From Octopus vulgaris (taxonomy: Eukaryota): 64,000 bases of DNA. Position numbers and translations under genes: made by a program. A model generated the notes under the pieces. That model was not told the DNA's origin. It was given only the letters and a program-made list of their open reading frames with translations, and searched no databases. Where the stretch lies: positions 46,934,001 through 46,998,000 of the forward strand of contig OX597831.1 in assembly GCA_951406725.2 (NCBI GenBank), in the 5' to 3' direction. Position 1 is the stretch's first letter, and the number at the start of each line of letters is the position of its first letter. This document shows positions 52,813-64,000 of the stretch, in pieces.

Positions 52813-53881
52813 GAGTAATCAAATAATGAATGGAAAAGCATACAGAGGTGATTGTAATTTCAGTAGATTTATTCAAGACTTCATATATGAATCTGTCAGT
52901 TATATTCTTAGGATAATTTTAGCGCAAATTTGTGATGCGAAAATTTGTGATACGAAGCAAATTTGCTCCAAAATACACAAGTTAAGTAATGAAATACTTT
53001 TAACAAAAGCTGTATCAAAAATAAGTAGTCTGCTAAGTTATGGGGACGTGAACACACCAACACCGGTTGTCAAGCAGTAGTGGAACACACGCATACACAC
53101 CCACACACACACACACACTTACACGTTCTCCGAGGTAGATTCCGTCCACCTTATTTCTATGGTAGTGTCATAGTATTAGTTACTTGACCAAGGTGCCGTG
53201 CAGGTGGGGGAAAACCAGAATCACTCAACTGAAACGTGACTTTCTTGAGCACACAACTACACCTGTCTTTGTCCTGTAATGAGTTTTCATATCCGGGTAC
53301 ACAATAGTATACCATGAATATCTATCTACATTTTACTTTCTTATTAACATTTCCAAGATACATTTCCAAGAAGACGATATACTCGCTGAAGATCAGTTTT
53401 GACTTAAATTATAGCTATATACAGAGAGAAAGAGACGGCTCAAGAAAAAGATTTTTTGACCACTGGTTTGTACATCACGTGGGTACTTTGGCTATGTAGT
53501 TGCTGCATAGCCAAAGTGCCAACGTAGACTGAAGTAACAGTGAACAGGTCGCGGTCTCAAAGCGAAAATATTTTGACAAATTAAATTTAAATGTTGAAGT
53601 GAATCTATCGGTTTTGTGTGTTTCTTAAATGGCTTATAAACACCTTCTACGCTGCAATTGTTTCCGTTCCAGCACACGATCTCAGATCAAGTCACTCGCT
53701 ACGCAAGTACATCTCTCAACACTGCCTCCGTACAATTAAAACTGTGGCTGCGCACTGCGCCAAAGAAACTTGAATTAACGTGGAACTGAGTCAGAAATTT
53801 TGGTTGGGAAGAGCTAAGTCGGTTACATCGCTTCCCGTACTCAACTGATACTTATTTTATCAAAGCCGAAGAAATGAAAGG

Positions 53882-53931
<50 letters not shown>

Positions 53932-54142
53932 TGTGTTTGTGTGTCTGTGTTTGTGTGTCTGTGTTTGTCCCCACCATCGTTTGACAACCAATGCTGGTGT
54001 GTTTACATCTCCGTAACTTAGCGGTTCGGCAAAAGAGGCCGATAGAATAAGTACTAGGCTTACAAAGAATAAGTCGTGGGGTCAGTTTGTTCGACTAGAG
54101 GTGGTGCTCCAACATGACTGCCGTCAAATGAGTGAAACAAAT

Positions 54143-54204
<62 letters not shown>

Positions 54205-54239
54205 GAGTGAGTGAGTGAGAGACAGACAGACAGACAGAC

Positions 54240-54319
<80 letters not shown>

Positions 54320-54399
54320 GTGTATGTATGTATGTCTCTTCGATTTTTTTATTATTATGAATCTTCCCCTGAGGAGTGAGCCGGTTTCCAGCAAAGATA

Positions 54400-54800
54400 C
54401 AAGGCTCTATCTTTGGAATGTAGTTAACACAAACAAATTCACATTTGGAACTTGAGAAAAGCCTTGCATATTTTTACTATTCCACTCACCGATTGCACAT
54501 CAATCAGCCGATCAATTTCTCTTTCCGAAAATCACAGTTTATCCAGCTTCTCTTTTAAGCATTTACTAATAAAAACCTAATGCTCAAATTATTCGTAATC
54601 TGGATATAGAAGCTGGAGGTTTCGAAGCAGTTGTCCATGGATATCCTCTTTTTCTTTGATTTTCAGAAATATTTATATCTGCAGGGCAGCTAAACTCTAT
54701 GATGTTACATACTTTCACGCCACTGTCCCAAGCAACAATATCCGGCCTGTTATGCTAATATTTGACAGGTTTTGATGGGAATATTCCACCAGTATTCCTT
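54400..54800 (-). mobile_element. Non-LTR retrotransposon REL endonuclease fragment (R4/NeSL/CRE-type), decayed
   Basis: Minus strand reads KEYWWNIP...HNRPDIVAWDSGVKVCNIIEFSCPADIN (RPD...E.SCP.D motif). Confidence 0.7.
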
Positions 54801-56368
54801 AAGTTGGTATGTACGTATGTATGTATGTATGTATTATCACTAGCAATTTTATTAGTACCCTTGCGGATATTGAATTTTAGTGCGATGCTGTTTAACAGAT
54901 CTTCCTTTATCATTCTGACATCTTCCAGTGTGTCCTTTACAGCGAGTATATCGTCTACATATCTAGCGTATATCGTATGCTTATGTCTTAGAACTATGTT
55001 GTTTTCAGTTACGGACTCATATAATGCTGCTACATTGAACCTTATTAGTGAACCTATGGCAACTATTCTCGTGTTTATATAATTTGCCGTGTGGCGGACA
55101 CAATGATAAAGTCTCCAATATACAAAAAGCAGGATGGTCTTGGCCTGTACGCCTTTTTATCACAGGTCTGCTCGATCAAATTTAATCAAGGCTAAACAGC
55201 TCAAACAGCCTCTATGCAGTAGGTGTATCTGCTAGATGTTTCAGCCAGAACTCTCGAAATCACAGCCTATCAGAATGTAGTTCCTAATATATAAAAAGAT
55301 ACATGGTCACGACTGAAAGTTTTCATCACAGATGCCAAAATTTGAAACTGATATTGCTAATGACACACATCAATAGTAATCTACTGAGTAAATGGCTGCA
55401 ACACAACGACATATAAATGAAAATATCTTAACATCAACAAATGTCATGACAGAAAAAGCAAGATTGGGAGAGAAAGTAATAAAATATGAAATTTGCAAAC
55501 ATTATTCTCTTCACACTAAATTAACACTCTTTTCAAAATTCTCTTTTCAAAATATATTGACGTAATAATTGTGCTGAAGCATAATGTATTATCTAGAAAA
55601 CCTCCTTCAAGTTATGAATGAAGGAAACTGAAGTTACAATTATCTCGCTTCATTTGTTTGAAAACGCCCAGTATTTCTGAAAAAGAATGTTTTTACCCAG
55701 TAACGAATAAAGTAGGACACGTTTCGTAACACTCTAATCTTATACTAGAACTAATCAAAAATATATATGAAACTAGAAAAACCATTCAGCTTTGATATTT
55801 GAAGTTGTGTGAAACACTAGATATTACACCACTAATTAACATCTGATTATTTGTTAATAAGTTTTATTTATTTATTCATTACCCTTTGTAAATACTTTGA
55901 CTTTTAATTCATAAATCGATGTCAACATGGAAAGGACAGAAAAACTAATCGAGTAATTTCGTAATTAAGCTTTGGTCAGGAAAATGTTTACAATTGGTTG
56001 TGTATTGAATAAGTTAATTATTATGTACGTTTATGAATGTTTAACATGCAACTGTTGATTAACCCCCAGGTGAGCCCTGGTCGAACAAATCTATAATCAA
56101 AGATTCAAGCAGTGACAATCCCGATATATTTTAACAAAATAAATACCAACAGTCATTTTTTTACCTATTTTAACTTTCAATTTGCTATTACCCGAAGCAC
56201 AGAAATGTTGTTAACATGTTGGATTTGCATGACTTTTTATGAATTTTGATGTTTTAAACCCTATGGTAATTTCCTTGCGTCATATGTTTTCCAAAATCTT
56301 ACGCAACCACCAAGAAATATACTAAAAGATCTATATCAATCCACTCTCAAATAAAAAAAAAACTGACG

Positions 56369-56520
56369 ATCAAATTAAAACAACGTAACTTCAAATTAAA
56401 ACAATGTAATCTCAAATTAAAATAAACGAATTTCAAATTAATACAAATTAATCTCGACTTGAAACAGCTGAACTATGATCTAAATCATATTAACTTTAAT
56501 TTAAATCCGATGTACTTTTT
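56369..56520 (+). repeat. Degenerate 21-bp minisatellite (tcaaattaaaacaacgtaact), about 7 units
   Basis: Read directly. Confidence 0.75.
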
Positions 56521-57522
56521 ATTTAAAACAAATAAATAACAACTTAAAATACATGAAATTCTTATTAAAATAACTACACTAACATCGATGAAAAATATAC
56601 ACAGGCTCTGAGATAGATTCCGTCTACCATATTTCTATGGTAGGGATATAGTATTGGTTATTTGACCAAGGTGCCATGCAGGCGTGGGGGGGACCGGAAT
56701 CACACGACTGAAAAGTGAATTTCTTGAAGGCATAGCAACACATGCTTGTCACAAAGTCTGTGTCCTGAAATGGGCTTTCATTTTAACAGTATAACATGAA
56801 TATCTATCTATATTTTACTTTCTCATTAACATTTCCTAGTTGCATTTCCAAGTATTTCCATACCGAAACGAAACACAAAAGAAGCTATTTTCGCAATAAA
56901 AATTGTAAGCAGAAATAGACGGCCGATTAGGTTGCAGTAATTTAATGCTACTTATTTTATAAAACCTCGCTTTTACAACATATAACAAACCTCGCTATAA
57001 CAACCCTGAATGGATCTGCACACAGACTTGAAAGGGTACTAGACTTAGATACAGCCAAGCCTTTGTGACAGATTTCAAATACAAGCAACAGCAAACAATC
57101 CTCAATAAATAGCTAGGCTTTTTTTAAAGGTTTGTTTGCCCATATTTTTGTTTCCACTAAGAATACGACAACTTCTAAGTACAATCAATAAAACTGAACT
57201 CTGTATATGGGTGGGGTGGGGTGGGTTTTTCTTATGGTGCTCTTTTATCTTTTACTTCCTTAGGTCGTTAGACTACGGCCATGCTGGAGCACCACCTTGA
57301 ACGATTAATTTTTAGTTCAATGAATCGACCCTAATACTTGCTTTTGTTTAGCCCGGTACTTATCCTATCGGTCTTATTTTTTGCTGAACCGCTAAGTTAT
57401 GGGAATGTGAACACACCAACACCGGTTGTCAAGCAGTAATGACGCACACACACACACCTATATACATATACATATGTGTGTGTATGCATATATATATACA
57501 TATATATATATGTATATATATA

Positions 57523-57560
<38 letters not shown>

Positions 57561-57566
<6 letters not shown>

Positions 57567-57790
57567 CGTGGTTTAGCGTTTAGAGTGTCAGCATCATGAT
57601 CGTAAGATTGTGGTTTCGATTCCTGGATCGGGCGACGCGTTGTGTTCTTGAGCAAAACACTTCATTTCGCATTGCTTCAGTCCACTCAGCTGGCAAAAAT
57701 GAGTAACGCTGCGATGGACTGGCGATCACATACGCCACGGAAACCGGGAAACCAGACCCATGAGCGTGGCTAGGCTTTAAAAGGGCGCAT
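57561..57790 (+). mobile_element. SINE family C
   Basis: Matches the 17393 and 18283 copies. Confidence 0.85.
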
Positions 57791-57815
57791 TTATTTATTT
57801 ATTTATATATATATG

Positions 57816-57894
<79 letters not shown>

Positions 57895-57947
57895 GTATGT
57901 ATATATGTATATATATATATATGTGTGTGTGTGTATGTATGTGCATG

Positions 57948-57980
<33 letters not shown>

Positions 57981-57985
57981 GTATG

Positions 57986-58018
<33 letters not shown>

Positions 58019-58036
58019 GTATGTATATATATATAT

Positions 58037-59095
58037 AGGGAACTGTTTTGGGTCCGCTACTCTTCATAATTTATGTAAACGACCTTTCCAGTGTCGTACA
58101 TCACTGCAAAGTGAAAATATTCGCTGATGACACTAAGCTCCAGCAAATCGTCAATGAAGAAGCAGACCGAACTCAACTCCAGTCTGACCTATATGCTGTG
58201 AGTCAATGGGCAGACAGAAACAAAATGCAACTGAATGAGGGAAAATTTGAGCTGATGCATTTTGGAAGAAATTCCTCACTAAAACAACCATACTCTCTTC
58301 CTTCAGGGGAACCGCTCACAGCCTCTAACAATATCAGAGACCTGGGTGTAATTGTTGATGACGATCTCAGTTGGAGTGCACACATCAACAAGAAGGTCGA
58401 TACAGCTCGTAGGATGAGTTCCTGGATCTTAAGAACTTTCCGGTCCAGAGAACAAGGTGTCATCATACCACTTTTTTCATCCTTTGTACGGCCACACCTC
58501 GAATACTGCTGCCCACTGTGGTCTCCTCACACAAGACAAAACATCTCCAGAATTGAGTCACCCCAGAGGGCTCTCACTAAACAAATTGAAGGCATGGCTG
58601 CTCTCGACTATTGGGATCGCCTTAAAGCCTTGAAACTTTACTCCCTCCAGCGTCGCCGTGAGCGGTACATCATTTGTACGATGTGGAAAATATACCGCCA
58701 ACTTTGCCCAAACGACCTAAACATTAGCTTCAAGGTTCATCCGAGACTTGGACCACGGGCTATACGTCCGCTGCCAAATTCAAGATCACAACATACATGT
58801 ACACTGCAACATAATTTCTTTTCCTCAACAGGCCCTGCCCTATTTAACATTGTCCCGAGGAGATCAAAGAGGAAAAGGATCCCATCAACTTCAAACAGAG
58901 TCTGGATGGATTCCTTCAAAGAATACCAGACAAGCCACCCATAATTGGATACAACTCACCCAACAAGAACTCACTACTTGAACAAAACTTGACTTAAACA
59001 GGATTCGAATAATCCTATCAGGTGGTGCTATTAAGTTAGACATGGCCTGGACCAATCTCTGGTCGAAACATATCTAAGTTTTATCTAAGTTTTAT
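58037..59095 (+). mobile_element. 5'-truncated CR1/Jockey-type LINE embedded in (TA)n tracts
   Basis: RT motifs [14 protein letters not shown] and IFADD, RDLGVI, RPHLEY, SLQRRRER; tail (tatctaagttt)x2. Confidence 0.92.
58048..58944 (+). pseudogene. Partial LINE ORF2 reverse transcriptase (298 aa, no true start, frameshift near 58858)
   Basis: FADD catalytic motif; C-terminus leaves the frame of the paralog at 50344-50667 after FNIVP. Confidence 0.88.
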
Positions 59096-59112
59096 ATATA
59101 TATATGTGTATG

Positions 59113-59145
<33 letters not shown>

Positions 59146-59154
59146 GTATGTATG

Positions 59155-59189
<35 letters not shown>

Positions 59190-59191
59190 GC

Positions 59192-59231
<40 letters not shown>

Positions 59232-60159
59232 GACGGGCTCCTGTCAGTTTCCGTCTACCACATCCACTCTTATATTATAGCCCGAGGCTATAGCATGAGT
59301 CACTTGGCCAAGATGCCACACAGTGCGGCTGAACCCTGAATCACTTAGTTTGGAAGCAAGCTTCTTACCACACAGCCACGCCTGCGCTTTCCGTCGGCCT
59401 CTGTTTTTTTTTCACCTCGAACTAACAGTGGGAAAAGGCAAAAAAGGGCGCATCTAAGAAATTGGGGTCAACATTCAAACAGGGAGTGCCGAGTATTGAA
59501 CCACAATTCAAGCTTTTATTCAATAAGAAAAATGTCAGTTAACTTCCTGCATTATGGCGCTCACCACAACTTGTTCTATATTGTTTATCGCGTGTATATA
59601 GTTTCAGTTTACTAAGTTTGTTCTGTAACAAGGATGGTCACTGCAGTATGTTGGCTGATATATATGTGTATGTGTCTTGCGTGTGTATGTGTGTGTGTGC
59701 GCGCTCATGTATGAAAGTCGTACATTCAATCTTAACTTGATAAACGACATAAGTTCCGAGAAAAGAATAAAATAATAAGGTTACAATCCCTTTCTGTACG
59801 ACACAATGCAAGCATATAAATAAATACGTCAATGTATTTATTTATATGCTAGCATATAAGGCCGCAATCTACTCTCACACGCAGCATCTTTCAGAGCTTG
59901 TCTCTAATTCACTTATTAACCAAATTGAAAACTGTTAACATTTTTGAAGAGGACTGATCCCTAGCTACATTTTGGCATAAAAAAATTGTGATTTGATCCA
60001 ATAGAAAAAAGTTTACGTTAAAATTTGTAGCAACGTTGTAGGAGAGTAAGACATTTTGGGGACCTTTGGTTTGTGCTAGGGATCACGGTGCTCTCACATC
60101 CTTGGACCTGCGACTCATTTTGGCACCAGACATCTTGTCCTGACTTGTCTCTGGATAAT

Positions 60160-60220
<61 letters not shown>

Positions 60221-60240
60221 GCATATATACACACACACAT

Positions 60241-60277
<37 letters not shown>

Positions 60278-60363
60278 GATACATGTATGTATGTGTGTGT
60301 CTTTTGTCTTTGTGTACCCCAACCACTGTTTCACAACCGCTGTTGGATTGTTTACCTCAGTAA

Positions 60364-60436
<73 letters not shown>

Positions 60437-60466
60437 CATACATACATACATACATACATACATACA

Positions 60467-60499
<33 letters not shown>

Positions 60500-60668
60500 T
60501 AGCTGAGTATCCCGTCGTTGCCGGGACTTTCGGACTAGCACACCCACATAAATTATATTTTCTCCATTTTGACAGGGATTTTTCAAATTTTTTTCCACCA
60601 CACCCTTGCAAAAGATGGGTGAATGAGAAGCTTCTGTATGAAAAGCATTTTTGAAATGTTATGAATCG

Positions 60669-61075
60669 TAGGCGTTGGAGTGGCTGTGTGGTATGTAGCC
60701 TGCTTACGAACTAGGTGGTTCTGAGTTCAGTCCCACCGCGCGGCACCTTGGGCAAGTGTATTCTACTATAGCCTCGGGCCGACCAAAGCCTTGTGAGTGG
60801 ATTAGGTAGACGGAAACTGAAAGAAGCCCGTCGTATATATGTATATAAATATATGTATGTGTGTGTATATGTTTGTGTGTCTGTGTTTGCCCCCCCCCCT
60901 CCAACATCCTTTGACAACTAATCATGGTGTGTTTACGTCCCCGTAACTTAGCGGTTCGGCAAAAGAGTACAATAGAATAAGTACTTGGCTTACAAAGAAT
61001 AAGTCCTGAGGTCGATTTGCTCGATTAAAGGCGGTGCTCCAGCATGGCCACAGTCAAATGACTGAAACAAGTGAA
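60669..61075 (+). mobile_element. SINE family D, full length
   Basis: aggcg..ggagtggctgtgtggta head through gactgaaacaag. Confidence 0.88.
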
Positions 61076-61453
61076 ACATGAAACAATCCTCTCTCCCTAC
61101 CCCATCCCCTACCAGACCGGTTTTGTCCAATTTTTATTTTTGTACTACGCACTTAAAAAGAATGTGAGGCGCTTTTTGGGTTAAAAGAAAAAAAGAAGTT
61201 TCATCACTTTCACAGACCAATGACGAAAGCATTGAAAGAATAAAAACAATATTTGTAAACACCTGAGAGTGAAGAAGAAAAGAGAATATCGACAGTAGCG
61301 TTACTCCGAGTTTTTCGTTTGCGCGGAGTGAAACTAAACTTTGAATCAGATGGCTGCCTGGGAAACTATTGTATTAGGTTAAGTCACAAATAATCCCCGA
61401 TTCTGTTAATCACCTCTACTCATGAAAAATTTTTTACAAAGATTTATTTTCAA

Positions 61454-61856
61454 CTAGCAGTATCGCCCGGCGTTGCTCGGGTTTGTAAGGGAAATAACTA
61501 TATAAGCATTTTTAGAGAGTTATAGCCAAAAAATAGCAAAAAAATGCATTCAAAATGGAAAAAATAATTATGGTAATTTTTGTTTTAAATCGTTGACTCA
61601 TCGTAGACATTTTTAGAGAGTTACTTCCCTTATATAATAGCGAAAAAATGCATTAAAATGGAAAAAAATTATGGTAAATTGTTTTTTAAATCGTAGACTC
61701 ATCGTAGACGCGCGCTAATACCTAGAAGGGCTCGATATGAATCACGACTATAAGATACCCGGTTTTGGTTAAACTGCACCGCAAAATGTGGGAGTAGTTA
61801 GGAATTTAAATCGTAGGAGACAGACACTCACACAACTTCACTTTTATATATAAAGA
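61454..61856 (-). mobile_element. Non-autonomous Helitron
   Basis: Minus strand A|TCtttatatataaaag ... cccgagcaacgccggg hairpin ... CTAG|T. Confidence 0.85.
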
Positions 61857-62895
61857 TTATCAATATAGTTGAACAATATCTTGAATGATATCTTGCCATT
61901 TATCAGCTAGCTTTTTGATTCCTCTTGAATAAAACTCAGCTAGCTTCGACATGAAAAAGCTTTCCACATACGTCTTCATCTGATCTTTTTAAGAAAGATT
62001 TTTCCCCCTCAGTGCATTTTGCAGAGAACGAAAAAGACAGAAATCAATTCACGCAAGTTTTGGTAAATATGGTGGATGGGGTAGAACAGACAAACCAAAA
62101 TACAATATTTCATCCTGCGTCATTCTTGCTGAATGTAGTTTTCCGTCATCATGAAGACGCTAAACGTTTCTCCTATTGACGAGTGCAGGGCATTTTCTTA
62201 AAAGATTTCCATGCAGACGTTGCAGCTGTTGAAAGTATAAGTCGGCATTAAGTGTTTGATTGTGGTTTAAAAACTCAAAATGAATAATATCGCGGTGATT
62301 CCACCGTACACACAACATAACCTTTCCATGGAGCTCAGCTTTTGAGGTAGGTTGTGAAGATTTATCTTTGTCAATCCATTGCCTTTTGCGTTGAACGTTG
62401 ACATAAAAGACCTATTTTTCATCACCTGTAATATTATTGAGAAACGGGTCATTTCTCTGCCTTGAGAAAAGACTTGTCTCTATGGACATGCGATCTTCCC
62501 TATTCTTCGCACTAAGAGTACGGGGAACCTATACCCCCCAGCTTGCTGACTTTTCCTATCTTTTCCAAGGGGCGGCAGATGATGGATTGAGAAGTGTTGA
62601 GGCCAATTGCTAATTCCTGTGTACTTTTACGAGGATTGAATTCCACTCATTATCTTAAAGCATCTTGAGCGAAGTCTGATGAAATTTCAGGTCTGAGTTG
62701 ATCTCTCATTGATAAATCTCCGGAACAAAACTTTAAAAACCAATTTCTCACTTGCCGGTCAGTAATGACACCATGACCATAGTCACTACATATTTTCTTA
62801 GCTGTTTCTGTGGCGTTTTTCCCATTCTTAACCCCCCACAACAACATATGTCGAATATATACTTTCAGTTCATCCATTTTAGGTGGGGTGAAATT

Positions 62896-63116
62896 TATGA
62901 GGGGGTGCTGAAAAGTTCATTGCTTTAAGGGTATCGCGAAAGGCCTGGTTGAAGGCCCAACCTTCCAAGTTCTTTTACAGGGCTTAGAAAAACTGAAGGA
63001 CCACTACAATAAGTGAGTGAATCTGAGAGGGGAATATGTTGAATAAAACTGTAACTAACTGATCCTCCTGTATTTTCTTTTACCCAAAGCCAAGAACTTC
63101 TCAGCACGCCCTCGTA
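62896..63116. mobile_element. Mariner-type MITE (partial related copy at about 16260-16345)
   Basis: TA-tgagggggtgctgaaaagttc ... gaacttctcagcacgccctcg-TA. Confidence 0.85.
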
Positions 63117-63566
63117 ATATTAAACTATGATGTGCACGTTTTCACTTCTTAAATATGAATGACAAACGAAGCTCTTTTAAAAACGGTAGTTTCCATTTCA
63201 ATTTTAAACAAGTAAAATTCGAAATGCATCTTTACAATTTACTTCCAAAAAAAGCTCGACCTAATACAATAAAATCTACGTTTTGCTCAGAGCATTCCGA
63301 ATAAATATAAAACAGATGCAAAGTTTCTTTCGAAGGTCATTAATGCTATAAATGAACAAACCTGAAAATATCTCCCACTGGGAAATGAAACCATATCCCT
63401 GGTTGGTCTAGTTGGCAGTTTTGATAACTGACAGAAAGCCTCTAGCTACTTCGATTTACAAATATCGATTCATACGCTAGGAATGCTTCCAATTTTATCA
63501 ACAACCGTGTTATGTCATCTGTAACTGTGTTTATGTGAGCATATCTATCTATCCTATCTTGCTCTC

Positions 63567-63569
<3 letters not shown>

Positions 63570-63606
<37 letters not shown>

Positions 63607-63871
63607 CTCGCATATATGTATAAGTATATATGTGTGTATGTTGGTATGTGTGTTGGTGTGTGTGTTGGTGTGTGTGTGTGTACGCATATATGCACGCACG
63701 CATATATATGTATATATGTGTATACACACATGTGCATGTGTGTGTTTAGTTACAAATACAATTACACACGAATGTATGTATATATGTATGCATGTACGTA
63801 TGTATGTATTCATGTGTATGTATGTATTTATAGATGGATGGATGGATGGATGGACGAATAGATGGATGAGT

Positions 63872-63908
<37 letters not shown>

Positions 63909-64000
63909 TGTATGCTCGCATATATGTATAAGTATATATGTGTGTGTTGGTATGTGCGTTGGTGTCTGTGTTGGTGTGTGTGTGTGTACGCATATATGCA
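63570..64000. repeat. (TG)/(TA)-rich low-complexity block with a 308-bp internal duplication
   Basis: gtatgctcgcatatatgtataagtatatatg at 63602 and 63910. Confidence 0.85.

Larger units (their letters stand above)
61372..63266 (-). mobile_element. Decayed mariner transposon carrying two nested insertions
   Basis: Ends tattaggttaag / ctcgacctaata; N-terminal HTH IRHMLLW..KNGKNATETAKKIC...VRNWF; about 1.27 kb once the inserts are removed. Confidence 0.8.

Overview
AT-rich, repeat-saturated eukaryotic DNA with no host protein-coding gene that I can support; almost all long ORFs in the track are microsatellite translations. The tRNA-derived SINE families and the dense (TA)n/(CA)n/(GATA)n tracts look like an octopus (cephalopod) genome, which is my inference. 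The window holds at least four SINE families, fragments of CR1/Jockey-, Tx1/L1-, RTE- and REL-type LINEs, Penelope-like element (PLE) remnants, two decayed mariner transposons, hAT/Tigger/mariner MITEs, a Helitron and two 18S rRNA fragments. The standout is a near-perfect 4 x 534-bp non-coding tandem array (21222-23390). Each unit carries a complete type I hammerhead ribozyme with an unusually long stem II and a palindromic stem III. The array has a 91-bp inverted 5' segment and sits in (TA)n, so it is a candidate cephalopod retrozyme (circular-RNA-producing, PLE-mobilised element). Further hammerhead motifs (about 700, 24433, 46394), a 196-bp-arm hairpin (9383-9784) and a 17-unit SINE concatemer with a 7-unit higher-order repeat (12200-15357) are also present.
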